64,000 nucleotides of DNA from Raillietiella orientalis (GCA_036172245.1 JAYWIR010000032.1:1-64000); one strand, 5' to 3'. Shown: positions 33,935 through 47,440, numbered from the stretch's first letter. A program made the numbers and translations. Notes: generated from the sequence alone by a model not told the origin.

Positions 33935-36900
33935 TTGCCACCTGGATATGCCGAGGCATTTATTATTCTAATTTTCTACAAAAATTAGATAATAAAGTCT
34001 TTCAAAAGTTAATTGTCGGAAACACTTGGTTTTCCCACCTTGGTTGACGTATCGGTTGCCGGTGCATTCACCAGTTAGGTCCATTCCCGAGGCGCATGGG
34101 AAGGGAAAACTAAAACAAAAACAAACAAAAAGAGAGATAACGGGGAGAAAAACAGTTGTATGGGGAGAGGGGGGGGGCAGGGAAGGGATCACTGAGCGCC
34201 TGGGTCGGTCCTCCGCATCCTGTTCAGGATGCAGTCAAGTTCTGTTTTAACTCTGAAAGATAGACGTCACCTTGTCGCCGTCTCTAAAGAGATCGTCGTC
34301 CAGTGGATGGCGTCCCTTCATCTTGGGCCTCTTCTTCTGGCGTGCCACCTTTGCACAATGCCGCGCACGCAGCAGAGGACTGCTAGAGACGCAGCGGGGC
34401 GCAGGCCGTCACGCAGAAAGAGGCGACGGTAAATTTCCTTAGGGTCGCCTACTGGAAGATGGAGGATTGGGGCGATTCGACACCAGAGTCCATCCAGGGC
34501 GACACACTCGAGAGTGAGATGCGGGAAGGTTTCTCTTTCTCCGCACTCGACACGGCGGGCATCCACATTCCCCAGTGTCCAGTGAGACAGGCGTGCTCTG
34601 CTTAACAGTCCCCAGTGCAGAAATAGCAACGCCGTCTCCTGCCACTTCAACGGAAGTGTGCCGCAATCCCAACACGCTGGGGGCCACTTCACCTCCTCCG
34701 GAGGTCTTGCGAGCAGCTCTCCCCAGCGCGCAAGTCCGTGAGGCGGGACGCTCGGGGTGGCAGCGTCCGTGAGCTCCCGAGTCGTCCACGCCTTTAAAGG
34801 TTTTTTCCTGCCTCGGATGAGGCAGGACACTTCCCACGATGCCAGCTCGTTGCTGCTTCTACTGTTTTTCAGGGAGGACAGAACGGGGGCAAGGGGGCTG
34901 GAAGAAGCCCACAGAAACTTCCGGGGCGTGTTGATAATATCCTGCAGCGGCTGTCGAGCGTACGGTCCTCGTCGTAGGCAGTTGTATTCCGCCTCGCTCG
35001 TTCCGTTGATATTAGCCCACGCGGAATTTGACTCCTGAAGCCAGGCAGTGCAGTTCGCGCGGATGCAGGAGATCCAGGTATTCTCCCTCATCAGGGCGAC
35101 CATCTGGCGCAAATCGGAACCACAGTTGGAGAGGCTGCGCTGTTAGGCCACGAGGATCGAGGACAATCCTTCGCAGCCGGTCGCTCTTCTGGCGAGGAGC
35201 CGTGCCGGATCGCACAATGGCGTCATCCATAAGCTAGCCGCAAGGGCTAACTTTCGAATTGCTGTTTGAAGTTGGATGCGCTCCAACGTAAGGAGGCCCA
35301 AGCCACCATCCCTGCGTGGAGCGCACAAGTCTTTCAATCGGACTCGCGACCTCGCTGTGCCCCAAAGGGCAGTCCTCAAGAGGGCTTTGGTCCGTCTCTG
35401 TATGATGGGAGGGGCGGGGCAAACAAAAAGTAAGGGGCGAAGGACTGGGGCCGCGAACGCGTTCCACACCGCGGCCCGCTCCTGCAAGTAAAACTTGCCG
35501 TTCCGGAACGGGCCGATCGCCAACTCCACCTTTTGGAGACGGTCGGACCAGGCTTCTGCAACGCAGAAGTCCCCCAACGGAACGCCAAGGTACTTGAAGC
35601 ACCTGCCCGTGGGGATCCCCAAGCGGATCCAGTCCGGCCGTCCGGCCCACGCCGTATTGTTTAAAAGTATTGGTGATGTAGGAACGATTGTGGATTTCTC
35701 TCTGTTCACCTCGAGGCCCGTTTCGCGGCGCAGCAACTCAAAGAAATCTTCGAGCGCCGACGCAGGGGTGGACCCGGGGAGCAGGAGCAGAAGGTCGTCG
35801 GCGTAGGTCGACACGGCAGGCATGCCGGGACACGAGCTTGGCAGGGTTGCCAGAGTCTCCCTGTATGCCCTCAGCACCAGCTCGAAGTAGATGCTGAAGA
35901 GCATGGGGCTCAGACTGTCACCCTGCCTTATGCCACGCCGAACCGGCACGCCGTACACGTGCCGGCCGCTAAAAGAGATGTTTATTTGAGCGAAGCGCCA
36001 GCAGGAGCGCAGGTAAGCCCGGAAGACGGCCGGGAATCCCAAGCGTTCCAGGAGCTCCAGAAGCAGTTCCTGGTCGACGCAATCGAACGCTTTACGCAGA
36101 TCGACTGCGACCGCAAGGGCACCGGGCGCGGCTCTTCCATGAAGGGCGTCCCCTTCCTGGTCACAGAAGAATCCAGGATTTTCTTGACCTCCCTGGTCTT
36201 CGCTTTGTTGCAACTGCCACCATGTACTGGCGAGGAACAGGTTGGCCTCCATGCTTCGTCCGGGAACAGCGTATGTCTGCTCCGGACTCACCACGGATTC
36301 CGCCACCCGTCCCAGTCGCTCAGCCCAAAGCTTGGCAAGCAACTTCGCATCCGCATTCACTACTGTGATGGGACGCCAGTTGCCTACATTGCGATTGTCT
36401 CCTCCTTTCGGCAGGAGACGTACTCTAGCTGACCGGAACGATTTGGGGACGTCCCCTTGTTCTCGGATCAGCATGCATAGCCGATGCACCAGGGGGGCCA
36501 GATCCGCCACGAAGCCTCGGTAGAACTCCGGGGGCAGACTGTCTTCCCCTGGTGCTTTTCTCTTTCGGAGCTTTCCGATGGCGGAGACGATCTCTGCCAT
36601 CGAGAAAGGCTCCGCGAGTTCATGTGCCTGCTCCTCCTGCAGCGCGGGGGCGCCTTGCGGCAGAAAGCGCTGCGCCACGGCGTTCTCTGTTGTTCTACGC
36701 GCGTACAAGGAGGAGTAATAGTCCCGCAGGATGCGGTTTATTCTCGCCGGAGATGAGCATTTTTGGCCTTGGGCGTCCAGCAGGCTGGGCGACCCGGATT
36801 GCCAGGTCTGTTGCTCAGCCCCAGCTTTATACTCCGCCAGGCATCGAACGTCGGGAGTCCTAGAGTAAAGACGGGCGTGGTGGTATGCCCGGTCGTTCCT

Positions 36901-38291
36901 CAGCCCTTCGCCGAAACCTGGAGGGAGACGGTTCAGGGGAAACTGGTCGCAGAACTCGCGGACTGAGCTCTTGAAGTCGTCCCAGTCCGCGAGCGACTGC
37001 AGATGGAAGCCTTGCAGGAACGAGCGAAGATGTTGCGCTGCTCCTGCGAGGCGCAACCAGTCCCCTGGCAAACGCCACGCTGTGGAGGGTGGACCTCTAC
37101 CGCGCTAGTGTATTTCTAGCGCGAGCCGGGGATGGTCGGAAAGTTCGGATGGCACTGCCCCTCGATTTCCCGCCCGCGAACACAGGTGGTTGTCGAGGAA
37201 CATGTGATCGATCCTCGTCTCCGTCCCGGCGTCACCGGCCAACAAGTTGCGCGCGTGCATGGCAGCGCACATCTCGTTGACCAGCTGTGCGCGAATGTCG
37301 GGCGCACCTGCCAGCAGGCGGACGTTAAAGTCCCCGGCAATGAGGTGCGCCTTTCGCATGTCTGCATCGGCCAGCCAATCTCGCCGCAGGCCTTCGAAGA
37401 ACGCAGTGCGTTCCCCGCGCCTGTGGCTCGTGCCGGGCGCGTACACGTTGGTCACGACGAGGTCGATCGCGTCGGACCACTTGGCAACAAGCTGCCCGAT
37501 TTGACCTTCCCCGTCGAAGTGCACGTCGCGCAGCGCATTAACGACGGCTGGCTTCAGCATGAAAGCCACACCGCGGGTGTGATCTCTCCCGTTCTCGTAT
37601 ATGAGCCGCCCGCCTGCGATCCGTTCGATTTCCTGGGCCTCCCCTGCGTGGAGCACGTGCGTCTCCTGCAGAAGCGCCAGATCGAAGTCCCGCAGGCTGG
37701 CGGCCACTTCTCTCCTCTTGCCGTCGTCGCGCAACCCGTTGACGTTCCAACAGATTACGCGCAGTCGCCGGCAGGAGGAGAGTCCACGCGTTGGTGTGTT
37801 TATTGTGTTAGCTTACCGTCCTCCGCCTGCAGTTCAGCAGGCGGGAGTTGTGTATCCATTGCGACGGGCTGTTCCTCGCAAGGAGGCGGTCCGTCGGTGG
37901 TTGAGGTGGTGGTTGGAGGATCCTGCTTGGCCAAGACCGCCTCCGGCGAGGAGTCGCGAGACCTCGCGGACATCGTCTCCCCGTCGTCGTGGTCCGACCG
38001 CATTTCCTCCTCCGCCGGTGGAGGTGCGGAGCGCCGAGGGTTGCCTACCTTGCGGCCCGCTTTGCGCTTCGGGAGAGCAACAGCCGGAGCGTTGCCGGCT
38101 TCAGCTTCGGACTCGCAAGTCTCCGGTCCTTTCGCATCAGCCGGACGCCTCAAGGCCTTCTTCTGGGCCTTGGGAGTTTGCTGGAGCATGGCTGCCAACT
38201 CTTCCGCCACCTTGTTGAAGTCCCGGTCGTCGCTGCTCACGCTGGGCTCGCGACTTTGTCGCGGCGTCGGCGTTGGCGCGGCGGCGGATTG
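33935..38291 (-). mobile_element. Element Z, 3' segment: ORF1 C-terminus, ORF2 pseudogene (about 34190-37791) and 3' end
   Basis: ORFs 37105-37734 (APE), 35143-37071 (RT with YADD) and 34318-35112; terminus AATAAATGCCTCGGCATATCCAGGTGGCAA. Confidence 0.92.
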
Positions 38292-41200
38292 TTCACACCC
38301 GGATGTGCCGGGGCATTTATTTCTTAGAAATAAAATAACAGAAAAAATGTCGCGTGGCGAACCCGAAGGTTCACCACTCCAAAACAGCTTGCTGGTTACC
38401 GGCTCCGTGCCGGGGAGGTCCTTCCGATGCGCGGGGATGGGAAATAAAGAAAAACAAAAAGAAACAAAAAGTTCAAATGTGGGGGGGAACAAATGTTGTA
38501 GGGGTGGGAGGGCGGGGAAGGGATCACGGTGCGCGTGGAGAGGTCCTCTAGATCCTATTCAGGATCCGAACAAGCTGAGTCCTTTCAGCGCCCAAGTGGC
38601 GCCACTTGCAGACACTTCGCGCGAAAACGCGAGTCCAGTGTAAGGCGTTGCCGGTTGGCTGACGCCTTCTTCTGGTGGCGTTCCAAGCTGCCACTATTCC
38701 TCCGCCCTATTTCCGGACACAATAAGGATCCACAGCCCCCCGGGTTGTGTGATGAAGGCGTGCTTTGAATGGAAGTCCCCAGAGGACCACAAGCAACGCC
38801 ACATCCTGCCATTTCAGGGGGAGGGATGCACTGTTCCAGGACGCTGGGGGCCACTTCATCTCCTCCGGAGATAGTCCGAGTAGCTCGCCCCAGCGTCGAA
38901 TTCCGTTGGGCGGGACTCTAGGCGTCGCAGCGTCAGCTAGCTGCCGAGATGTCCACGCCTTTATCGATTGTGTCCTGCCGCCTATAGTGCAGGACACGGT
39001 CCATTTCCCCTGCTCGCTACTGTCCCTGGCATTCACAAGGAAGGGCAGCGCTGGGGCGAGGGGGGTTATCAATGCCCACAGAAGCTTGTCGTGGGACTGC
39101 ACGATCTCCTGCCGCGTCCAGCGGGCGTGCCTTTTCATACAAGTGTTCCTTGTGCCCGCCGGAACGTGGATCTTTTCCCAGGTGGAGACTGACTCGTGCA
39201 ACCAGGCGGAGTAGTTCCCTGGGAGGCAGGAGATCCAGGCGTTCTCCCGAACCGCAACAAAGATGCGTCGCAGCATAGAGCCACAGTATGGTCTTCTGCA
39301 GACGCGCGCAGACAGAAACGACAAAAGTCCGTCGAATCCGCAGGCTCGTTGGGCCAGGAGGCGTGCTGGAACGCACCAAGGCGTGTCCCACAATTCCGCC
39401 GCAAGGGCGAGAGTCCTGAACCTAAGTTGTAGTTCAATGCGCTCCAGCGTAAGAACGACTAGTCCTCCGTCCTTACGTGGAGCGCAGAAGTCTTTGAGCC
39501 TCACACGGGACCTCCCTTTGCCCCAAAAGACTGTCCTCAGGAGACCCGCTTCTCGGCAAAGGCTCCCGCCGAGTCCATCCCACCCTCTGCCCGATCTTCT
39601 TGGTCAGAGGGGGGCGCGAGGCTCCCTTGACCGTCCTGTGCAACGCGTTGTCGCAACTGCCACCATGAGCTGGCGAGGAGCAGGTTGGCCTCCATGGTTC
39701 GTCCGGGAACAGCATAGGTCTGCTCGGGACTCACCACGGAAGCGGCCACCCGCCCCAAACGCTCAGCCCACAACTTGGCATACAACTTTGCGTCCGCATT
39801 CACTACTGTGATGGGACGCCAGTTGCCAATGTTGCGTAAGTCTCCCGACTTCGGCAGGAGACGTACTTTAGCTGACCGGAACGAGGCGGGAACTTCGCCG
39901 TGTTCGCGGATCAGCGCACTTAACCTGAGCACCAGGGGGGCCAGCTCTGGCGCGAAGCGATGGTAAAACTCCGCGGGCAGGCCGTCCTCCCCTGGTGCCT
40001 TCCTTCTCTTGACCCTGTTGATGGCGGAGATGATCTCCGCCATCGTGAACGGTTCCGCCAATCTGGAACGGTCCTCCTCCTTAAGCGCGGGAGCGCCATC
40101 CGGCAGCAGGCGCTGCGCGAAATGGCGCTCAGGTGTCAGTGGCGCGTACAAGGAGGAATAAAACTCCCGCACGATGCGGCTTACCTGGGCTGGGCTGGAG
40201 CGTTCTTGGCCCTGATGATCCAGCAGGCAGGCCGAGCCTGACTGCCAGGCCTGCCTCTCCGCCTCAGCCTTGAATTCAGCCAGGCGACGGACGTCGGAAC
40301 GCCGGGAATAACGGCGCGCCTGTAGGTACGCCCGCTCGTTCCGGACACCCTCACCGAAGCCCGGCGGAAGACGTTCCAGCGGAAACTGGTCGCAAAACTC
40401 ACGGACTGAGCACTTCATTTCGTCCCAGTCCGCGAGCGTCTGAAGCTGGAATCCTCGCAGGAAACAGCGTAGATGTTCCGCCGCTCCTGCGAGGCGCAAC
40501 CAATCCCCTGGCAGGCGCCAGGTGTTCAGGGGAGGGCCCTTATTGCGCGGATGTAACTCGAGCACGAGCCGTGGATGGTCGGACAGCTCTGCCGGGAGCG
40601 TTCCTCGAGTTCCCACCCGCGTGCAAAGGTGGTTGTCGAGGAACATGTGGTCGATGTTCCGATCTCTCCCGACATCGCCGGCCAACAAGTTGCGCGCATG
40701 CATGGCTGCGCACAACTCGTTGACCAGCTGTGCTCGTCCGCTGGGCGCAACTGCCAGCAGGCGGAGATTGAAATCGCCCGCAATGAGGTGCGCCCTTCGC
40801 ACGCCTGCTTCGGCCAACCAGTCTCGCCGCAAGGTTTCGAAGAACGCAGTGCGTTCCTCGGCCCTGTGGCTGCTCACCGGAGCGTACAGGTTCGTGACTA
40901 CGAGGTCGATCGAGTCGGACCACTGGAACACAAGCTGCCCAACTCGACCATCCCCGTCGAACCGTGCACTGCGCAGTGAGTTGTCGACGGTTGGCTTTAG
41001 CAGAAAGGCCACTCCGCAGGAGTTGTCCGTTCCATTCCTCCACAGTAGCCGCCCTCCCGCGATTCTTTCGATTTCCTGGACATCTCCCGGTCGGAGAACG
41101 TGCGTCTCTTGCAGGAGCACCAGGTCGAAGTCTCGCAGTATGGCGGCTACATCTCGCCTCTTTCCGCCGTCGCGCAACCCGTTGACATTCCAACAGGTGA

Positions 41201-41798
41201 TGCGCAAGCGGCGGCAGAAGGCGAGCCCACGCACTGATGCGTTTATTGTGGGGTGGAGGCGGCCTCCTCCCTTGCGGGAGGCGGCTTGTTGGCGGCCGTG
41301 ACGACGGTCGGCTGCTCACACGGGAGCACGTCGTCCACAGCGACTTCCATGGGGCTGGCTTCCGAGACACGGATCGGGGAGGGGTCGCGTGGCGCGACGC
41401 ACATTGCCTCCTCCTCCGTGCCCGAGGACATGGCCTCCTCCACCTGCGGAGGGGCGACCCGTCTCGGGCAACCGGTCTTCTTGCCAGCCTTCCTCTTCGG
41501 CACGGCTGCGGAAGTAGAACAACCGGCTTCGGTTTCGGACTCGGAATTTTCCGGGCCCTTCACCGTTGCCGGTCGTCTCAAGGCCTTCTTCTCGGCCTTG
41601 GCAGGCTGCCGTAACATGGCTGCCAGCTCTTCCGCGGCCTGCGCGAAGGTCGCGTCCATTATGCGCGCCGCCTCCTCGCTTTCCGCACCGACGCTTTGCG
41701 CAGGCGCGACAGGGGCGGCTTCATCGATCGGCGCGCAGACGTCCTTCGCTGGCAATGCCGGAACGGCATTGTCGTCAGCTGATGGTGACGTCACTGCG
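38292..41798 (-). mobile_element. Element Y, 3' segment: ORF1 C-terminus, ORF2 with ~0.7 kb of the RT core deleted at about 39550, and 3' end
   Basis: ORF 39537-41234 (APE to RT start) is fused to 38707-39504; the segment matching X 43223-43925 is absent; terminus CCGGGTGTGAA; TSD 38280-38291 / 48657-48668. Confidence 0.92.
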
Positions 41799-42048
41799 TT
41801 TTTACCCGGATATGCCGGGGCATTTATTTAAAAAAAATAAAAATACATGTAATTTTCGGGTGAAGAACCTGATGGTTCAGCACAAAGCAGCCTGCTTCTT
41901 GCCGGTTCTAAACCGGCGAGGTCCTTTGAACGCGCGGGAACGGGAAGAAAGAAACAAAACAAACAAAAAAAATGTAAAAGTTGGAGGGAGTACTTATGTT
42001 TGGGAAGGGAGGGCGGGACGGGAATCACATTGCACGCTTAAAGGTCCT

Positions 42049-45000
42049 CTAGATCCTGTTCAGGATCTTCACAAGCTGCGTCCGTTGTGCACCCAGGTGT
42101 CTCCACCTGCAAATGTTTCTCACAAAAAGGCGAGTCCAGTGTACCGCATTGCCGCAAGCTTGGCGCCTTCTTCTTGTCGCGTTCCAAGCCGACACGATCC
42201 CTCTAATGCAGCAAAGAACTGCCACAGAAGCGGGAGGGGACAAGGCATCACGCAAGAAGAGTCGCCTAAAAACATCTTTAGGGCCGCCTCCGCGAATGTC
42301 CAGGATTGCTGCAAGACGATCCCAGAGAGGGCGGAGAGCAATGCACTCAATAAGGAGGTGGGGGAATGTCTCTTTCTCCCCGCACCGGTCGCACTGGGAA
42401 TCCACAGCCCCCCGAGTGGAGTGAGAGAGGCGTGCCTTGAAAGGTAAACCCCAATGTATCACGAGCAGCGCCACCTCCTGCCATTTCAGGGGGAGAGAGT
42501 CACTATTCCAAGACGCTGGGGGCCACTTCATCTCCTCCGGAGATAGTCCGAGTAGCTCTCCCCAGCGTCGGATTCCGTTGGGCGGGACACTCGGCGTCGC
42601 AGCGTCCGCTAGCTGCCGAGATGTCCACTCCTTAATCTTTTGTGTCCTACTTTTGATGGTGCAGGATACGGTCCATTTCCCCTGCTCCCTGTTGTCTCTA
42701 GCGTTTTGTAGGAAGGGCAGCACAGGAGCAAGCGGGGTTATCAGGGCCCACAGAAGCTGATCGTGGGACTGCACGATCTCCTGTAGCGTCCAGCGGGCGT
42801 GCCTTTTCAGGCAAGTGTTTTTTGTGTTCGCCGGAACGTGAAGCTTTTCCCAAGTGGAGACTGTCTCGTGCAACCATGCCGAGTAGTTCCCTGGGACGCA
42901 GGAGATCCAGGTGTTCTTCCGAACCACAACGGCCATGCGCCGCAGATGAAAGCCGGAGTGTGCTTGTCTGCGGTCGCGCGCCCAGAGAAACGAAGAAAGT
43001 CCGCTATATCCTGAGGCTCGCTGGGCCAGAAGTCGTGCTGGACCGCACCAAGGCGTGTCCCACAATTCCGCCGCAAGGGCGAGAGTCCTAAACTGAAATT
43101 GTACTTCCATGCGCTCCAGCGTAAGTAGGCCAAGTCCACCGTCTTTACGTGGAGCGCACAAGTCTTTAAGACGCACACGGGACCTCCCTTTGCCCCAAAG
43201 GACTGTCCGTAGGAGGCCCGCTGCTCTTTTCCTGACGAAATAAGAAGCGGGGCACACAAAAAGTAAAGAGCGTAGAGGGGGGCCGCAAACGCGTTCCACA
43301 CTGCGGCCCGTTCCTGCAAGTAAAACTTGCCTTCGTGAAACGCACCGATCGCCAACGATGCCTTTTGTAGACGGTCGGACCAGGCTTCTGTCACGCAGAA
43401 TTCCCCCAACGGAACACCAAGGTACTTAAAGCATCTGCCCGTGGGGATCCCCAAGCGGATCCAGTCCGACCGTCCAGCCCACGCCGAGCCGGTACAAGTT
43501 ATGGACGACTTCGCCCTGTTCACCTCCAGGCCCGTCCCGCGGCGCAGCAACTCGAAGAAATCCTCGAGCGCACTCGCCGGAGTGGACCCGGGAAGCAGCA
43601 GCAGAAGATCGTCTGCATAGGCCGACACGGCAGGCGTGCCGGGACACGAGCTCGGCAGGGTTGCCAGAGTTACCCTGTATGCCCTCAGCACCAACTCAAA
43701 GTAGATGCTGAAGAGCAAGGGGCTCAGGCTGTCACCCTGCCGGATGCCGCGGCGCACTGGCACGCCATACACGTGCCGGCCGCTGAAAACAATGTTAATC
43801 AACGCGTTGCGCCAGCAGGAGCGCAGGTAGGACTGGAGCACGGACGGGAATCCCATTCGTTTCAGGAGCTCCAGAAGGAGATCCTGGTCGACGCAGTCGA
43901 ATGCTTTGCGCAAGTCGACAGCGACGGCGAAGGCTCCCGCCGATTCCGCCCCACCCTCTACCGGGTCTCTCTGGTCAGAGGGGTGCTCAAGGCTCCCTTG
44001 ACCGTCCTGTGCAAAGCGCTGTTGCAACTGCCACCATGTGCTGGCGAGGAGCAGGTTGGCTTCCATGGTTCGCCCGGGGACAGCGTATGTTTGCTCCGGG
44101 CTGATCACGGAATCCGCCACCGGTCCTAAACGCTCAGCCCACAATTTGGCATACAACTTTGCGTCCGCATTCACCACTGTGATGGGACGCCAGTTGCTAA
44201 TGTTGCGTAGGTCTCCTGACTTCGGCAGGAGACGTACTTTTGCTGATCGGAACGAGGCGGGAACTTCGCCGTGTTCGCGGATCAGCGTACTTAGCTTGAG
44301 CACCAGGGGAGCCAGCTCTGTCGCGAAGTGTTTGTAAAACTCCGCGGGCAGGCCGTCCTCCCCTGGTGCCTTTCTTGTCTTTAATTTACTGATGGCGGAG
44401 ACAATCTCTGCCACCGTAAATGGTTCCGACAACCTGGAACAAACTTCCTCCCCGATCGCGGGAGCCCCATCCGGCAGCAACTGCTGCGCGAATTGGCACT
44501 CGGGTGTTAATGGCGCGTATAAGGAGGAATAAAACTCCCGCACGATGCGGCTTACCTGAGCTGGGCTGGAGCGTTCTTGGCCCTGATGGTCCAGCAAGCA
44601 GGCCGAGCCTGACTGCCAGGCCTGCCTCTCCGCCTCAGCTTTGAATTCCGCCAGGCGACGAACGTCGGGTCGTCTGGAATACCGGCGGGCCTGAAGGTAG
44701 GCTCGCTCGTTCCTGACACCTTCTCCGAAGCCCGGAGGAAGACGCTCCAGGGGAAACTGTTCGCAAAACTCGCGGACTGAGTACTTCATTTCGTCCCAGT
44801 CCGCGAGCGTCTGAAGATGTAATTCCCGCAGGAAGGCGCGCAGATGTTCCGCCGCTCCTGCGAGGCGCAACCAGTCCCCTGGCAGGCGCCACGTTTTCAG
44901 GGGAGGACCCTTGTTGCGCGGATGTATCTCGAGCACGAGCCGTGGATGGTCGGACAGCTCTGCCGGGAGCGTTCCACGAGTTCCCACCCGCGTGCACAGG

Positions 45001-45605
45001 TGGTTGTCGAGGAACATGTGATCGATGTTCCGATCTCTCCCGGCATCACCGGCCAACAAGTTGCGCGCATTCATTGCTGCTCACAACTCGTTGACCAGCT
45101 GTGCTCGTCTGTTGGGTGCACCTGCTAGCAGGCGGAGATTGAAATCGCCCGCAATGAGGTGCGCCTTCCGTACGCCTGCTTCAGCCAGCCAGTCTCGCCG
45201 CAGGGATTCGAGGAACGCAGCGCGTTCCTCGGCCCCGTGGTTGCTCATTGGCGCGTATATGCTCGTCACAACGAGGACGATCGATTCGGACCACTTGCGA
45301 ACAAGTTGTCCAACTCGACCGTCCCCGTCGAACCGAACGCTACGCAGAGAGTTTTCGACTGCCGGCTTCAGCAGAAAGGCCACTCCGCAGGAGTAGTCTG
45401 TTCCGTTCCTCCACAGTAGCCGCCCTCCTGTGATTCTTTCGAAATCCTGGCCTGCTTCTGTTGTGAGCACGTGAGTCTCTTGCAGTAGGGCCAGGTCGAA
45501 GTTTCGCAGAATGGCGGCTACGTCTCGCCTCTTCCCGTCGCTGCTCAACCCGTTGACATTCCAACAGGTTATTCGCAAGCGGCTAGAGGAGGCGAGTCCA
45601 CGCAA
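42049..45605 (-). pseudogene. X ORF2 (APE-RT-finger) with a TGA at 45078-45080 and a frameshift near 43280
   Basis: ORFs 45081-45605, 42807-45074 and 42049-43299 together cover all motifs. Confidence 0.92.
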
Positions 45606-45613
45606 TGGTGTTG

Positions 45614-47359
45614 TTATGGTGGGGTGGAAGAAACCGCCTCCTGTTCAGAAGACGGGTGGTCCGGGTCCATGTCGTTGGAGTGTTCAGGGGCATCGCTTAC
45701 TCCGTCGGCCGTGGACTGTGTTAATAGTTGGTAAAGGATGCTCTCAGGCACGGAGTCGCATTGTGCAACGCACATGGACTCTTCCTCGCTGTCAGATGCC
45801 ATTTCAACCTCTTCCTGAGAGGTGACAGCACGCCTACGAGCACCTGTTGCATTTTTATGTTTTCTCTTCGGCAAGCCAACGGAGGGCGAGTTCCCGCTTT
45901 CGGCGTCAGACTCGGAAGTTTCCGGGTCTTTTGCCGTAGCCGGGCGTCGAACGGCCTTCTTCTCGGCCTTGACGGGCTGCCTCAGGAAGGCAGCCAACTC
46001 TTCCGCGGCTTGCGCGAAGTTTGCATCAGAGATGCGTTCCACGTCATCACGGATTTCGTCGCCTGTTGGCGAGTCGGGTGACGTAACAACCGATTCGATA
46101 GCGGCAACTGGCGCGCTATCGTTCGGAACCGCAGCGGCTGAGCTTTCGCTCGCCGCTACAACGCTTCCAGTGGACTGGACTGGAACAATAGATTCGATCG
46201 CGGCAACGTGTGCCGCGCTTTCGATCGCGACCGTAGCGATTTCGCCGCACGAAGCCGGAACCGCTTTATCGATCGACGCCGCGGGTGCGGTATCGATCGA
46301 TGGCTTGCTGGTGGAAGCCTTCGCGGGAACGCGATCGATGTGCACGGTGGAACGGCGGACGGTTTTTTCCACCATTTTCACCGTTTTCTTGGGGGCCTTA
46401 CCTTTCCCTTTGCTTTCCTTCTTTTTCACCAACTGCCAACTGTTTTCGGCGACAGTTTCGCCTTCCTCCGGTTTTTGTTCCACTGGCGTCGATATCTCGC
46501 CTGTCTGGGAGGTTTCACTCGATTGGGGATCCTGTTTGTCCGGTTCCTGTGGCGACTCTGTTCTCTTGTTGCCAACAGGAGTGGAAGCAAAACGAAGAGG
46601 GCACACCTTTCTTACGTGGCCCTTGTTACCGCAGCGTAGACACACGATGTTGGGGCACCTCCGTTTAAGGTGCCCTGTAGTCTCGCAGTTTCCGCAGAAT
46701 TTGGGTTTCCCTATGTACCACAGATCAATGTATTCTTCATCGACCTGAAGTCGGTGGGGTAAACCACTATCCTCGCGGACTGTCACACGCGCGGCGGCAT
46801 AGCCACTGAACGCCCTAGTATAGCCCAGGGTGTTCGGCTTAGCCCACAGAGCGTGGACGGTCCCGTACTTTTCCAGTTCCTGCCTAACGGCATTTTTCGC
46901 CATTCGCATCGTCAACCCGGTCAGGTGGATGACGATCGATTTGTCGGCAGTAAACGGGAAGATCCTTCTCCCGTTCACGGTCACCGGGCATCTCAGCAAC
47001 TGCTGAGTCATTCCTGCAGTTTTGCAGTTCAGCTCCACTAGCTGACCGCCACTGCGAACGGAAAGGCCGAGAACTTCTACTTCCGGCACTTTCAGTTTTT
47101 TAAATTCCGCGGCAAACGTTCTCAACATCGCGGGAGAATAAAGCCCACCTACCTTATACAGTAGGGCCGGATTATATCCGTGGGCCTCATAGGCCCGCTG
47201 TTCCTCGCATGGTGGCGGCGCGGGAGCCGCCACCACCGCACTCCAAGACCTCGCCGGGGCGGGGGACGAATATGTGGGGGAGATGGCCCCCACATCCATG
47301 GGCTGAGGGGACGAGGCACGCCCGTCCCCCTTTTCCGCATTGGCGGTGTCCTCAGGCAT
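45614..47359 (-). CDS. X ORF1: intact gag-like protein (~581 aa) with two CCHC zinc knuckles
   Basis: Open from ATG 47359 (MPEDTAN...); CGNCETTGHLKRRC and CLRCGNKGHVRKVC; Tx1-type ORF1 layout. Confidence 0.9.
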   Translation of the reverse strand: MPEDTANAEKGDGRASSPQPMDVGAISPTYSSPAPARSWSAVVAAPAPPPCEEQRAYEAHGYNPALLYKVGGLYSPAMLRTFAAEFKKLKVPEVEVLGLSVRSGGQLVELNCKTAGMTQQLLRCPVTVNGRRIFPFTADKSIVIHLTGLTMRMAKNAVRQELEKYGTVHALWAKPNTLGYTRAFSGYAAARVTVREDSGLPHRLQVDEEYIDLWYIGKPKFCGNCETTGHLKRRCPNIVCLRCGNKGHVRKVCPLRFASTPVGNKRTESPQEPDKQDPQSSETSQTGEISTPVEQKPEEGETVAENSWQLVKKKESKGKGKAPKKTVKMVEKTVRRSTVHIDRVPAKASTSKPSIDTAPAASIDKAVPASCGEIATVAIESAAHVAAIESIVPVQSTGSVVAASESSAAAVPNDSAPVAAIESVVTSPDSPTGDEIRDDVERISDANFAQAAEELAAFLRQPVKAEKKAVRRPATAKDPETSESDAESGNSPSVGLPKRKHKNATGARRRAVTSQEEVEMASDSEEESMCVAQCDSVPESILYQLLTQSTADGVSDAPEHSNDMDPDHPSSEQEAVSSTPP

Positions 47360-47440
47360 TTCTGCCTGAAAAACACCGCTCAAACACCACACAACCTACA
47401 ATCTCGCGCTAAAACGCAGGAGCAGCAAAAGAAACACGTC

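Larger units (their letters stand above)
41799..47440 (-). mobile_element. Element X: full-length (~5.6 kb) Tx1-like retrotransposon nested in ORF1 of Y, with a 13-bp TSD
   Basis: 5' GACGTGTTTC at 47440; 3' AATAAATGCCCCGGCATATCCGGGTAAAAA; flanks TGACGTCACTGCG (41786-41798) and TGCCGTCACTGCG (47441-47453). Confidence 0.95.
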
